A stretch of 64,000 nt of DNA from a bacterium (GCA_021836035.1 JAKBJL010000001.1:287765-351764); one strand, 5' to 3'; shown: positions 1-9,686, counted from the first letter of the stretch. Program-made: numbers and translations. Notes: generated from the letters alone by a model not told the origin.

Positions 1-426
1 AATGTGGTATTAAGCGGGACCAAAAGCTCTGTCCAACAGGAAGTTTCCGGGAATGCCCGCTTCCTCACCAAAAAAATTACCCTCTTAATCAGGGGGGCAA
101 CCGCCCTCAATCCTTCCGATTGGGGCGTCAATCTGGCCGCTGATCCGACCAAACAATTTTCCCTAAATGACCCGGCTTACGGGGCGACGGTTTTACAGGT
201 TAATTCTGCCGGGCAGGCAACAATTACTTACGGGGGGTATACCTATGAGCTTAATTCGCCCAAAACCAAAATAACCAACCTTACTTTTATAAATTATTCC
301 AGCGGGGACGGTAAGACGAAAAATATCCAATACAACCTGACGATTGAAGCCAATTACGGTTCCAGCCGCCAGGAGTATCAACAGAACTTAATTTTGGAAG
401 GGGATGCGGAATTAAGATCAAATTAA
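1..426 (+). CDS. 3' fragment of a hypothetical secreted/pilus-associated protein (gene starts upstream of window)
   Basis: Open frame 1 runs from the window edge to the stop at 424-426. It is immediately followed (1-nt gap) by a pilin-like gene and is Thr/Asn/Gly-rich, like minor pilin C-terminal domains. No catalytic motif. Confidence 0.4.
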   Translation, partial: NVVLSGTKSSVQQEVSGNARFLTKKITLLIRGATALNPSDWGVNLAADPTKQFSLNDPAYGATVLQVNSAGQATITYGGYTYELNSPKTKITNLTFINYSSGDGKTKNIQYNLTIEANYGSSRQEYQQNLILEGDAELRSN

Positions 427-427
427 A

Positions 428-811
428 ATGCGCCATAACCGCGGCATGACCGCCTTATCCACCGTTCTGGTTGTTTCGGCAGTGTTGCTTTCTTTGCTGA
501 TAACCGTTACCTATCTTTCCGTGGGAGAAGCGCAGAGCGGATTGGCGGATTTTAAGTCCCAAAGCAGACTCGCTTTGTTGGATGGTTGTGCCGAAGATAT
601 CCTGCAAAAGATTCACGACAATCCCGTTCTCGTAGGCGCTATTAACCGCCCCGAAGGAACCTGTACGATAGCTGCCAATCCGCCCGGAACCGGTCCGACC
701 AATTGGGATTTGACAATCAGTACTGACGCTGCCGATTTTCCCCGGAAACTGCGGGTTACTTTTACCCGCGGGGAAACAGCGATTACTAATATTACCTGGC
801 AGGAAATTTAA
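428..811 (+). CDS. minor pilin / PilX-like N-terminal domain protein
   Basis: The N-terminus MRHNRGMTALSTVLVVSAVLLSLLITVTYL resembles PilX/pseudopilin N-terminal TM segments. It is translationally coupled (TAA-A-ATG) to the upstream ORF and sits just upstream of a canonical pilin gene. Confidence 0.45.
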   Translation: MRHNRGMTALSTVLVVSAVLLSLLITVTYLSVGEAQSGLADFKSQSRLALLDGCAEDILQKIHDNPVLVGAINRPEGTCTIAANPPGTGPTNWDLTISTDAADFPRKLRVTFTRGETAITNITWQEI

Positions 812-857
812 TGGGTCTTGACAGTGGTTAAAAAGTTATATTAAGCTGGTAACAGTC

Positions 858-1349
858 ATGAAAAAATCTGCCCGCTCCGCTTTCACCCTAATTGAACTTC
901 TGGTAGTCATTGCCATTATTTCCGCTTTAGCCGTTACTGTTTTCGTTGCCCTTAATCCGGCCCAAAGGCTGAAGGAATCCCGGGATGCCCGGAGAGCTGC
1001 GGATGTGGATTCAATTTTAACGGCGATCCACCAGTATATTGTAGACAACAAGGGAGTGACTACCGGTTTGGGGTTAACTGCAGCCGATCAGCAATTGGGA
1101 ACTGATACTAGTGGTTGCGCGATGAGTACTGGTGGGTGTGCCGTAATCGCTACCTCCTGCCTGGATCTTTCGGGTGCTACTTTGTTAGGAAAGTATCTGA
1201 AGTCTATACCGATAGATCCGCTTGCCGGAACTGCGGGTAAGACAAATTATGCTGTCTCCATGGATGCCAACGGCTTGGTAACGGTTAAAGCTTGCGCCAC
1301 CGGTACCGGTACAGCTGAAGGAACAACCAATATCTCCGCCTCCCGCTAA
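858..1349 (+). CDS. type IV pilin (class III / prepilin-type N-terminal signal)
   Basis: The N-terminus MKKSARSAFTLIELLVVIAIISALA carries the prepilin peptidase motif (FTLIELLVV with Glu at +5) followed by a hydrophobic helix. Cys pairs sit in the C-terminal half. TTGACA -35-like hexamer at 818-823. Confidence 0.75.
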   Translation: MKKSARSAFTLIELLVVIAIISALAVTVFVALNPAQRLKESRDARRAADVDSILTAIHQYIVDNKGVTTGLGLTAADQQLGTDTSGCAMSTGGCAVIATSCLDLSGATLLGKYLKSIPIDPLAGTAGKTNYAVSMDANGLVTVKACATGTGTAEGTTNISASR

Positions 1350-1397
1350 ATCTTCGATCCGCTTCTGGTTACTTTGATGGAGATGCTAAAATAGTTT

Positions 1398-2474
1398 ATG
1401 TCTTTATTTACTGCCCGGGCGGTTATTTACCTTCGGCGGCAGCTTCTGGAAATGTATAACCTCTCCGGAGGGTTAATCCAAACAGTTACCTACCCTTCGG
1501 AAATAGTAGCTAATGAAGAGATCCTGGACCGGGCGAAATTTGTCCAGCTGATAAAAAATTCCCTGACAGAAAGGGCAGGTATTCCCGAATATGAAGCTAC
1601 CCTCGTTCTCTCCGAAGAGTTGTTATTCCAAAAAACGTTTTCCACGGGTTCTCCGGAGGAGACAAAACCCGAAGCGGAAGCCTTTTATAGCGAAATTCCC
1701 TTTGCGGCGGAAAAATTGGTAAAAAAAGAAATCAATCTCGGCCGCGAGACCCGGCTGATTGCGACCAATAAGGAGGTATTTACCGTGATTAAGGAAGTCC
1801 TGCAGTCTGCCGGATGGAAGGTAAAGGCTATCATTCCTGTAACTTTAGTGAATGATTTTAGCCGGGGTGAAGGGCTTAATCCCGGGGATATTAAACATAT
1901 TCTTAAAAGTAATTTTTTGGTAAAAGATGCGGATTTTCTTACGGCCGACGGAGCGGATATTTCCCCGGCGGTAGCTTATCGCCAGCTGCCGGAAGAAAAT
2001 AACAAACTGCTGTTTCTGCTTTTGGCCCTGGTAAGCATTGCCGCCGGTTTTACCGTTACCTGGTTTGTCTCCCGGGGGAAGATCCCTCAAATAAACAAAT
2101 TTTTGCCGCAAAAATCCGCTGGCGCGCCTGCGGCCAAACCTACGGCGACTAAGGAGACGAAGACAACACCGGTAAGCACTCCTTCGGCCGCATTTAAAAA
2201 GAAAGCAGAGCTGAAAATATTAGTGCTGAACGGGAGCGGAGTTATCGGGCAGGCAGGATTAGTGAAAAAGAATTTGACGTCGTTGGGATTTACCAATATC
2301 GAGGTGGGAGATGCGCCGCAGGAGAAAAATACCACAACGGCAGATTTTAGCGCTCAGGTTTCTTACGCGGAGCGCTCGGAGATCACGAAAGAATTAAAAA
2401 AGGAGTTTACAGAGGTTACGGAACAGGTTGCTACTGCTTCGGCTGAAGACGTACTGATTATAACGGGGAAGTAA
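1398..2474 (+). CDS. membrane protein with C-terminal LytR_C (LytR cell-envelope-related attenuator C-terminal) domain; possible pilus-assembly accessory
   Basis: The C-terminus LKILVLNGSGVIGQAGLVKKNLTSLGFTNIEVGDAPQ...TTTADFS matches the LytR_C consensus (vLNGsG..G.A.....L...GF.....G.A). A single central TM (LLFLLLALVSIAAGFTVTWFV) is present. Position in the pilin operon suggests a PilM/N-like role (inference). Confidence 0.45.
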   Translation: MSLFTARAVIYLRRQLLEMYNLSGGLIQTVTYPSEIVANEEILDRAKFVQLIKNSLTERAGIPEYEATLVLSEELLFQKTFSTGSPEETKPEAEAFYSEIPFAAEKLVKKEINLGRETRLIATNKEVFTVIKEVLQSAGWKVKAIIPVTLVNDFSRGEGLNPGDIKHILKSNFLVKDADFLTADGADISPAVAYRQLPEENNKLLFLLLALVSIAAGFTVTWFVSRGKIPQINKFLPQKSAGAPAAKPTATKETKTTPVSTPSAAFKKKAELKILVLNGSGVIGQAGLVKKNLTSLGFTNIEVGDAPQEKNTTTADFSAQVSYAERSEITKELKKEFTEVTEQVATASAEDVLIITGK

Positions 2475-2485
2475 ATTGCTGAAAG

Positions 2486-2896
2486 TTAACCGGTGTGGCT
2501 GCCGATTTTTTCGATCATTTCGTGAATCGAAAGATCGGTTTTAACCAAATAGTCTACCGCTCCCAGCTCGCGGGCACGCTGTCGGTCCTCTTCCTGGCTT
2601 AAACTGGAAAGAATGATGCATTTAATATCCTTGAGTTTTTCGTCCGCCTTGATTTCCGCGAGGGCTTCGAAACCATCCATGGTTGGCATAACCAGGTCCA
2701 GGAGCATAAGATCGGGTTTCCGTTTACGGGCTTCTTCCACCGCTTTTTCTCCGTCGCCGACAACCAGGACATCGTAGCCGACACTGCTAAGTTTGGTTTT
2801 ATAAATATTGGCGTAGAATTTATCGTCTTCGGCAACGAGAATATATTTTTTCTGGCCGGTTGCTTCGTCCATAATTAACCCATTAATACTATACAT
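2486..2896 (-). CDS. response regulator, receiver domain only (CheY-like)
   Basis: ILVAEDD...DLMLLDLVMPTMDGFEAL...IKCIILSS...AVDYLVK gives the Asp-Asp pocket, phosphoacceptor Asp and conserved Thr/Lys positions. No output domain. Confidence 0.85.
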   Translation of the reverse strand: MYSINGLIMDEATGQKKYILVAEDDKFYANIYKTKLSSVGYDVLVVGDGEKAVEEARKRKPDLMLLDLVMPTMDGFEALAEIKADEKLKDIKCIILSSLSQEEDRQRARELGAVDYLVKTDLSIHEMIEKIGSHTG

Positions 2897-2899
2897 CCT

Positions 2900-4492
2900 T
2901 TATTGTTCCTCCGCTACCTTAATCGGTATTTCAATATAAAAAGTTGACCCCTTGCCTTCCTGGCTTTCAAACCAGGTCTTACCGCCCCAGCTTTCGGCGT
3001 AAGACTTCACGACGAACAGCCCCAGACCGGTGCCCTCGGTTTCACTCCTGACGGCATTGTCCGCCCGGAAGAAGCGGGAGAAGATTCGCCCCTGGTCTTT
3101 TTGGGGAATGCCAATGCCGTTATCGGCAACGCTGATTTTGACCTTATCCTGGGACGATTCGACGACCACAAAAACCTCCCCGTTTTGGATACTGTATTTG
3201 ACGGCGTTGGACAAAAGGTTCTCAATTGCTTCCCGGAAGCGCTTAGGGCCGACCAGCACCCGGGGATTGGGATTGCCTTTAATTTCCATGCTCAGGGAAA
3301 CGGACTTGCGCTGAGCGACCGCTTTGATTTCCGTGATACTATCGGAAACAATCGGGACAATTTCTGTCATTTCCAACTGGTCTATGGCTTTTCCCTGGTC
3401 AATACGGGAAACGTCCAGCAGGTCGTCTACCAAAGCGACCATGCGCTTGTTGCTGTCTAGCACCTGTTCGAGAATGTTTTTCGCCTCTTTGGGTATTTCT
3501 CCGTAGTCACCGTCTAAAAGCATTTCCAAATTCCATTTCATGCTGCCCAGCGGTGTCCGCATCTGGTGGGAAGCAATACTGATAAAAGTATTTTTCGCCC
3601 GGTCGATATCTTTTTCTTTAGAAATATTCCGGAAGAGAATGACATTGCCGATTACCTGGCCGTTGAGAATCGCGGAGGAAGAAGTGATCCCGGCGGGGAA
3701 CTTGGTCCCGTCTTTTTTGATCAGATAGAAATCGGTGGTGCTGGATTTGGAATAGGCCAGAAGGGACTTCGGCACCGGTTTACCAGCGGGATCCAGGTTT
3801 TCCTGTTCATATTCAATGGGGGCGACTTCAGTTACTGGCCTTCCGGCTACTTCTTCCGTCCGGTAGCCCAACATCTCTAAGGCGGGCTGATTAATCAGGA
3901 CGATTTTTTGCTGCTGGTCAGTGACAATTAAGCCGTCACCGATACTTCTCAGGATCGCCTCGTTGCGGACTTCCTGGTGTTCCGATTGGGAATCGGCAGG
4001 AGGCCTTTCCGGGGTTTTGGTAGGAGCGGGAACTGCCTCTGGTTGTTGGTTGCCGGCAGTATCCGGCCGGGGAAAATTTTTAATTGTCAGAACGATCTGG
4101 TTAGCTGCCGGAATAACCCGGGCGTTAATTTCTACGGTTACCGGTCCGCCGGGGAGGATTAAATTCCGGCTGCCGCTGATCACGGCGAAGTCGTTTGTAA
4201 GCAGTGGCTTGAGAAAATCTTCCGCTTTGCTAATAGCACCGTTCTCCATGAGGGAAAGCGCATTCCCGACCGGGAGGTGAACCAATTGTTCGGCGGACTT
4301 GCCCATTAACTGGCAGAAAATTTTATTGACAAAATTGATTTTTAAATCTTTCCCAATAACGACCACCCCGTCCTGGAGATTAGCTGTGACTAAGTCAATA
4401 CTGTCGGCAGCTGGTCCGGAACCCGAAAAAATACCAAAAGCTTTACTTAGGGCTTCAAACATAATTCTTTCCCAAGACCGGAGGTACTCCAT
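2900..4492 (-). CDS. sensor histidine kinase with PAS domains (HisKA + HATPase_c)
   Basis: H-box SIASHQMRTPLGSMKWNLEMLL. N box LLSNAVKY. G boxes VADNGIGIP and GTGLGLFVVK. PAS-like repeats upstream. The ORF is open to 4693, but the likely start is ATG at 4492 (MEYLRSW), with an AT-rich promoter-like sequence just upstream on the minus strand. Confidence 0.85.
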   Translation of the reverse strand: MEYLRSWERIMFEALSKAFGIFSGSGPAADSIDLVTANLQDGVVVIGKDLKINFVNKIFCQLMGKSAEQLVHLPVGNALSLMENGAISKAEDFLKPLLTNDFAVISGSRNLILPGGPVTVEINARVIPAANQIVLTIKNFPRPDTAGNQQPEAVPAPTKTPERPPADSQSEHQEVRNEAILRSIGDGLIVTDQQQKIVLINQPALEMLGYRTEEVAGRPVTEVAPIEYEQENLDPAGKPVPKSLLAYSKSSTTDFYLIKKDGTKFPAGITSSSAILNGQVIGNVILFRNISKEKDIDRAKNTFISIASHQMRTPLGSMKWNLEMLLDGDYGEIPKEAKNILEQVLDSNKRMVALVDDLLDVSRIDQGKAIDQLEMTEIVPIVSDSITEIKAVAQRKSVSLSMEIKGNPNPRVLVGPKRFREAIENLLSNAVKYSIQNGEVFVVVESSQDKVKISVADNGIGIPQKDQGRIFSRFFRADNAVRSETEGTGLGLFVVKSYAESWGGKTWFESQEGKGSTFYIEIPIKVAEEQ

Positions 4493-4711
4493 ATAAATAT
4501 ACCATAAGTTATGCATATCTATGCATTTAATCAGACAAATTTTAGATGCTAACTTTTTCTTTAACGGCCTCTCCGGAGCGGGTTTGGGGCTGATTCTTGC
4601 CACTATTCTTCCGGATTTTCTTATCACAGGCATAATTCTATTAGTAACCGGATTATTGGTTGCTGATGTTTCTGACCGGCTGATTTCCGGCATCTAGATT
4701 GGTTCTCCCCT

Positions 4712-4740
4712 TGCAAATATAGAGATCACCATCTATACTA
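4712..4740 (+). promoter_or_regulatory. sigma70-like promoter for the ArsR-family gene (TTGCAA-17 nt-TATACT)
   Basis: -35 TTGCAA at 4712-4717, a 17-nt spacer, -10 TATACT at 4735-4740. It lies in the divergent intergenic region between the HK gene and the ArsR gene. Predicted TSS is about 15 nt before ATG 4757. Confidence 0.5.
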
Positions 4741-4756
4741 CTTGGCGATCGTTTTT

Positions 4757-5014
4757 ATGCGTCTTAATTGCGTCAGCTGTTATAAGCTTCTCTCGACCAC
4801 GCAGCGTTACCGGATTTTCGAATACCTGCGCCAGGGTAAAAAGAAAATGACCGTATCCGCTTTGGTCAAAATGACCGCGCTTAAGCAGCCTACGGTTACT
4901 TTTCATATCGACGAGTTAGCCAAAAGGGGGTTATTAAAAAAAGTGAAAGTGGGGAGGAATGTTTATTGCCGGGCTACGAGGCGCTGCGCCCGCTGTCCGC
5001 TGTTTGCCGTTTAA
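4757..5014 (+). CDS. ArsR/SmtB-family winged-HTH transcriptional regulator
   Basis: RIFEYLRQG...MTVSALVKMTALKQPTVTFHIDELAKRGLLKKVKVGRNVYCR is the typical ArsR HTH plus wing. The ORF opens at TTG 4742, but ATG 4757 fits the promoter. The 3' end overlaps the convergent downstream gene by 41 nt. Confidence 0.7.
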   Translation: MRLNCVSCYKLLSTTQRYRIFEYLRQGKKKMTVSALVKMTALKQPTVTFHIDELAKRGLLKKVKVGRNVYCRATRRCARCPLFAV

Positions 5015-5546
5015 GAAATTCTTCGGGGGTAAGCCACACCGGTTGAGGAACATTCTGATAATGAGTATTAGGAGCTAAATTTAGTTGACCGCTTTCGTCG
5101 GTTAAATAAAAAGCGAACCCGTGGCGTTCGGTTATTTCTTCATAGTCTGCCGGCTGATGTGCGGTTTTCCAGTTGTCATAAATTAATAACGGGTTATCAC
5201 CGGTATTGATGCTGGTGTGCCCATAAACCGGAGGAACGGTAATTTTATCTCCCGCTTTTACCATGATTAACAGGACTTCGGTAATTTGCCCGCTCTCTTT
5301 TTTCTGCAGGAGAATTATTCCTTTACCGGAAAGAATGTAGGAGGTCTCCGCAACGGGCGTGCTATGGTAGTGGCCATAGGTTTTAGGGTATTCGGAGCCG
5401 AATTTTTCGGCCGGGATAATTGTTAAACTGGACCAATCTCCGCCGATATCCCGGAAGACCCAATATGCCGGATCGGGTCCGGAAGCAGTCGGTTCTTTAA
5501 GCACGGGCCGCAATTCTTCCGGAGTTTTAATTGTTGCTAATTTCAT
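4974..5546 (-). CDS. cupin-type glucose-6-phosphate isomerase (archaeal-type cPGI)
   Basis: Motifs TYGHYHSTPVAETSY and VPPVYGHTSINTGDNPL match the cPGI signatures T-x-G-H-x-H...E-x-Y and VPP-x-W/Y-x-H-R/T-x-x-N-x-G-D-x-P of Pyrococcus/Thermococcus PGI. Size (190 aa) is also consistent. Confidence 0.7.
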   Translation of the reverse strand: MKLATIKTPEELRPVLKEPTASGPDPAYWVFRDIGGDWSSLTIIPAEKFGSEYPKTYGHYHSTPVAETSYILSGKGIILLQKKESGQITEVLLIMVKAGDKITVPPVYGHTSINTGDNPLLIYDNWKTAHQPADYEEITERHGFAFYLTDESGQLNLAPNTHYQNVPQPVWLTPEEFLKRQTADSGRSAS

Positions 5547-5565
5547 TTGTCTCCATTATATACTC

Positions 5566-7449
5566 TTAGCTGGCTCCGCCGCCACCGCCTCCGTCGCCGC
5601 CACCGCCTCCGCCGGAAAATCCCCCGCCCCCGCCGGAACTAAATGAGGAATTTAAAGCGGAAGTCATCCCGGAAAAACTTTGGGCCAGGGAAGTGCCGAA
5701 GTCCAAACCGATACCGCTTACGGAATCTGCCGCGAAAACATTACCTTGTACGTCCGTGGCATAAAACCACACGGGGTAAGCTGCTCCCGGTTGGTTTAAA
5801 ATCAGGGGTAAATATTCAGCTACTTTTTTCGCTACTCCCAAGGCTGTCCCGTAAACTAACATTTCTTCCCAGATGGTTAAAGCCCGGGGAAGCTCATCCT
5901 TAAAATGGGAAAAGTCCACCAGAAAATGCTTAAAGCCTTGCCATTGCTTCGCTTCTGCTTCTGCAGGTTTCGTCCAGCGCAGCATCAATCTGCTGGCCGG
6001 CATCATCGTAACCGGAAAAATCGTCAAGAGCACGAAGATAAGCAAAAATAGGTTATCCAGGAATTGTCTCTGATAAAGAACCAGAATTATCACCGCAAAG
6101 AGGAAAAGCAGTATCGTGGAAAGCAAAAAGATCTTTTGCCACTTTTTACTCTCTTCTTCGACGAAATCCTTCCGGTCGGCTTCTTTTTTAACTAATTTAC
6201 TCCAGTTTTCGAAGAAGGCCCGGGTAGTACTCCAATCTTTTTCCATTTGCGCTTTTAGTATTTCTAGGGGAACAGCCCTCATTTGCCGATCCTCAGACAC
6301 GAAGATAAAAGAAATTAACTCTTTTTCATAATCAGCAAGGCTGTTGTTCACCCCGTAATTACCGTCCTGGAGACGTAATATATAATCATATTTTCTTCCG
6401 CCCCCGATTCCTAAAATACCTTTTTTAGAAGACTCCCGGGCTTCGATTTTCAGAACTTTACGCCGGGCTAAATCCAAAAGGGTAGCTGAGAAAGAGTTGG
6501 GAGTTACAGTTTCCTCCTGGGAAAGCAGGGCTTCGACCAGCGCCGGAGGAGTTTTGCTGGGAGGGAAATGGACGTAGCGGGGAATATCCTCCAGGCGATA
6601 TTCCTGTCCGTGCTTTTTCCAGATATAAATCCAAAAGATTATCCAGCCGAAGAGGAACAATACGCTGAAGCCCAAAATACTCAGCTTTAGCAATCCCGTA
6701 AGCCTGGTTTGCTGTTGGATTTGTTGCTCTTCCGCTTTAACCTGAGGCAAACGGTCTTCGGCAACTGCCGGACCGGTCAAGATATCTGCCGGGAAAAGTT
6801 CCCGGATTTCCACAAAGGTTTTCGGCGGGACATCGGAAACAGCAAAAACAGCGGTTTGTCCGTCGATAATTTCCGCCCGCCCGCCCTGCGGACCGTGCCC
6901 CCAGATATAAATGTTCTCCCGGCCGACATCCTGAGGTAATTTGACCGTGACCGTAACTTTATCCGTTTTGGCTCCCCAGCCGTCGCCGATTGCTTTCCAG
7001 TAAAACTCACCGACATCCCGGTATTTTTGGACCGCGTTGGTTAAATGATAGGAAAGCCTAAAAGTTTTCGTGATGTTTAGCGAAGAATGATAGGCTTCAA
7101 TATGCAAGCTATTTCCGGTCCTAATTACCGCAAATTTATGGAGCGGTCGGGAACTGTCTAAGGCGGGTATTTGCTCATAAAAGATGCTCCCGGCGGGGCT
7201 GTCTTCTCTAAAAGTAACCCCGCTGATTAGTTGGTTGGCCCGTAGGGGAATATCCCAATAAATTTGAGTGAAGCTGCCCCGGAAATCGGTAGCGCGCCGC
7301 TCGGTAAAATCAACGCTTTTGTCCCGGTTGACGGTAATATTCAGGGAAACAGCGGGAAAATAAAAGCTTTTACTTTCCGCCCGCACCGGAGCAGAAAAGC
7401 GGAAGAAAGCAAAAATTACCAGGAGTAAAACAGCAATTTTCTTCATCAA
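5566..7449 (-). CDS. DUF2207-family membrane protein with C-terminal Gly-rich tail
   Basis: N-terminal signal peptide (MMKKIAVLLLVIFAFFRFSAPVRA). Large ectodomain. Internal TM helices. C-terminal SSGGGGGFSGGGGGGDGGGGGGAS tail. Architecture is typical of DUF2207. Confidence 0.75.
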   Translation of the reverse strand: MMKKIAVLLLVIFAFFRFSAPVRAESKSFYFPAVSLNITVNRDKSVDFTERRATDFRGSFTQIYWDIPLRANQLISGVTFREDSPAGSIFYEQIPALDSSRPLHKFAVIRTGNSLHIEAYHSSLNITKTFRLSYHLTNAVQKYRDVGEFYWKAIGDGWGAKTDKVTVTVKLPQDVGRENIYIWGHGPQGGRAEIIDGQTAVFAVSDVPPKTFVEIRELFPADILTGPAVAEDRLPQVKAEEQQIQQQTRLTGLLKLSILGFSVLFLFGWIIFWIYIWKKHGQEYRLEDIPRYVHFPPSKTPPALVEALLSQEETVTPNSFSATLLDLARRKVLKIEARESSKKGILGIGGGRKYDYILRLQDGNYGVNNSLADYEKELISFIFVSEDRQMRAVPLEILKAQMEKDWSTTRAFFENWSKLVKKEADRKDFVEEESKKWQKIFLLSTILLFLFAVIILVLYQRQFLDNLFLLIFVLLTIFPVTMMPASRLMLRWTKPAEAEAKQWQGFKHFLVDFSHFKDELPRALTIWEEMLVYGTALGVAKKVAEYLPLILNQPGAAYPVWFYATDVQGNVFAADSVSGIGLDFGTSLAQSFSGMTSALNSSFSSGGGGGFSGGGGGGDGGGGGGAS

Positions 7450-7504
7450 ATTAAGTATAATCCCGCTCGTTGCTTTTTGGGAATTTTAGGGATAGTATCA
7501 AATT

Positions 7505-7933
7505 ATGAGCAGCAAAATGGATTGGTATAAAGTCAGTATGTATCTGGCGCTTTTCGGCATCGTCTTAGCCCTTTATCTTTTCTATGAATACCTGGCTCCG
7601 GTACATAGGTCGCTTTGTTATGTCAATTCCACTATAAACTGCGAGGCTTCGACGAAGGGGCCGCTGGCTCATACTTTGGGAATTCCTACGGCGCTTTGGG
7701 GTTTGACTGGCTACGTGATAATTTTAATCTCCTCACTGAAGAAATGGCCGAGATTGCTTTGGGGGATGGCTACTTTCGGCCTTCTTTTTTGCCTGCGGAT
7801 TACCTTCCTGGAAATATTTGTGGTCAAAGCCATCTGCCCGGTTTGTCTTGCCTGCCAGATCGATATGCTCGCCTTGTTTACCCTAGGCTTTCTCTTATAC
7901 AGACAATCCCCACCTGCTTCCGAAGTTAAATAG
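7505..7933 (+). CDS. vitamin K epoxide reductase (VKOR)-family thiol-disulfide oxidoreductase
   Basis: A 4-5 TM protein with a loop Cys pair (CYVNSTINC) and the active-site CPVCLAC (CxxC) in the last TM, as in bacterial VKOR/DsbB-like proteins. Confidence 0.7.
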   Translation: MSSKMDWYKVSMYLALFGIVLALYLFYEYLAPVHRSLCYVNSTINCEASTKGPLAHTLGIPTALWGLTGYVIILISSLKKWPRLLWGMATFGLLFCLRITFLEIFVVKAICPVCLACQIDMLALFTLGFLLYRQSPPASEVK

Positions 7934-7980
7934 GAAATAAGATAGAAAAGAGAAGAGAATCTCGCGGTCGCTTTTGCTTT

Positions 7981-8006
7981 CTTATATTTTATTCCTTATA
8001 TTTTAT
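7981..8006 (+). repeat. tandem direct repeat CTTATATTTTAT x2 (spacer TC) upstream of the NRAMP gene; candidate operator/promoter element
   Basis: Two exact 12-nt copies at 7981-7992 and 7995-8006, 19 nt upstream of the TTG start of the Mn/Fe transporter gene. Confidence 0.45.
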
Positions 8007-8024
8007 ATATAGTTGATGTAGGGG

Positions 8025-9266
8025 TTGCCCGTGGAAAAGATCAGAAGATTTTTGAGGCGCCTTGGTCCCGGTCTTATTACCGGGGCGGCTGATGATGATC
8101 CCTCGGGAATAGCGACTTATAGTCTTGCAGGAGCGCAGTTCGGCTATCAGGCCCTCTGGACCGCCTGGTTAACTTTTCCCCTGATGGCGGTAATTCAGGA
8201 AACCTGCGCCCGTATCGGACTGGTAAACCGGAAAGGTTTAGCCGGAGTAATAAAAGAATATTACCCCAAACCGCTTTTATATTTCATTACCTTGCTTTTG
8301 GTAGCGGCGAATATTTTTAACATCGGTGCGGACCTTTCCGGCATGGCGGCGGCCGTTAAATTATTACTGCCGGTGGATGAGCTCCTGGTCGGATTTATCA
8401 TTGCCGTGGTGGCGATTTTTTTGATTATTCAGCTGCCTTATCGCCGGATTGCCGCCGTCTTTAAATGGCTGACCCTTGCCTTGTTTGCTTATATCCTGAC
8501 CTATTTTCTAACGGGAGCGGATTTTGTTAAGGCCCTACAAAGTACTTTTCTTCCCGACTTGAATTTATTTAATCAAAACTCTTATCTTTTGACTTTAGTC
8601 GCCATATTCGGAACGACGATTTCTCCCTATCTTTTTTTCTGGCAGGCAAGCGAAGAGGCAGAGGAGGAAATCCTGCATCACCGCCTGGTAACAAAAAACG
8701 AGCTGAAGCATGAGCGGGAAGATACGGTTTTCGGGATGTTTTTTTCTAACCTCGTGGCTTACTTTGTCATTGCCACCTGCGGGGCTACCCTTTTTAAGGC
8801 TGGGGCAACCGGGATCCAATCGGCTTCCCAAGCCGCTACGGCCTTACGACCCCTTGCCGGGGATTTGTCATTTCTGCTTTTCGCCGTCGGAATTATCGGG
8901 ACGGGGGTATTGGCAATTCCGGTTTTAGCCGGCTCAGCAGCTTACGCCGTTTCCGAAGCGTTCGGTCTGGCCGAAGGTTTAAATAAGCCTTTCCGGAAAG
9001 CGAAAGCTTTTTATTTGATAATCATCCTGGCTACGCTTTTGGGTTTCGTTCTTAATCTGGCGGGAATTAATCCTATTAAATATCTTTTTTATTCTGCCGT
9101 TCTGAACGGGTTAGTTGCCCCGGTCATTATTATTTTGTTAATTATCATTGCCAATAACCGCAGGATTATGGGAAATTATGTTAATAACCGACTGAGCAAT
9201 CTGCTCTCTGCTTTTACCCTGCTCCTGATGACCGTGGCGGTTTTAGGGATTATCCTGGTGCGCTAG
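8025..9266 (+). CDS. mntH: NRAMP-family divalent metal (Mn2+/Fe2+) transporter
   Basis: [28 protein letters not shown] matches the Nramp consensus motif (DPGN/metal-binding site region). About 11 TM helices. TTG start. Confidence 0.88.
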   Translation: MPVEKIRRFLRRLGPGLITGAADDDPSGIATYSLAGAQFGYQALWTAWLTFPLMAVIQETCARIGLVNRKGLAGVIKEYYPKPLLYFITLLLVAANIFNIGADLSGMAAAVKLLLPVDELLVGFIIAVVAIFLIIQLPYRRIAAVFKWLTLALFAYILTYFLTGADFVKALQSTFLPDLNLFNQNSYLLTLVAIFGTTISPYLFFWQASEEAEEEILHHRLVTKNELKHEREDTVFGMFFSNLVAYFVIATCGATLFKAGATGIQSASQAATALRPLAGDLSFLLFAVGIIGTGVLAIPVLAGSAAYAVSEAFGLAEGLNKPFRKAKAFYLIIILATLLGFVLNLAGINPIKYLFYSAVLNGLVAPVIIILLIIIANNRRIMGNYVNNRLSNLLSAFTLLLMTVAVLGIILVR

Positions 9267-9686
9267 TTTAGAGGTGCAATTCGGGCAACGGGTAGCTTTA
9301 AGGGGAATAGTGGTTCGGCAAAAGGGACAGGGTTTGGTATCCGGGGCTTGGGGGGGCTTATGGTGCAGGCGGTTAATCCAGCGGATGAGAAGGAAAATAA
9401 CTAGCGCTACGATGAGGAAATTAATAAGATTATTAATAAACAAACCGTAGTCGATCGTTACCGCACCTGCCGCCCTGGCGGCTGCCAGACTGGGATAGCT
9501 TTTTCCCGATAGGTTTAAATAAAGGTTGCTGAAATTAACTTTCCCAAGCATCAGCCCGAAAGGGGGCATGATAATGTCGTTAACCAGGGAATTGATGACC
9601 TGGTTAAAAGCAGCTCCGATAACAATACCGACGGCCAGATCAATTACATTTCCCCGGAGGGCAAATTCTTTAAATTCCCTGAGCAT
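9243..9686 (-). CDS. mscL: large-conductance mechanosensitive channel MscL with C-terminal CxxC...CxxC zinc-ribbon tail
   Basis: The N-terminus [42 protein letters not shown] matches the MscL signature almost exactly. Two TMs. The C-terminus [19 protein letters not shown] is a zinc-ribbon-like motif. It overlaps the NRAMP 3' end by 24 nt (convergent). Confidence 0.85.
   Translation of the reverse strand: MLREFKEFALRGNVIDLAVGIVIGAAFNQVINSLVNDIIMPPFGLMLGKVNFSNLYLNLSGKSYPSLAAARAAGAVTIDYGLFINNLINFLIVALVIFLLIRWINRLHHKPPQAPDTKPCPFCRTTIPLKATRCPNCTSKLAHQDNP

Noticed and set aside
2900-4693. Long 5' extension of the histidine kinase ORF (starting at 4693) and antisense ORFs inside it (3101..3460, 3566..3880, 3921..4280)
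   Set aside because: The extension is K/R/P-rich without domain similarity and is preceded by an AT-rich promoter-like segment, so ATG 4492 is preferred. The internal plus-strand ORFs are antisense shadows of the kinase.
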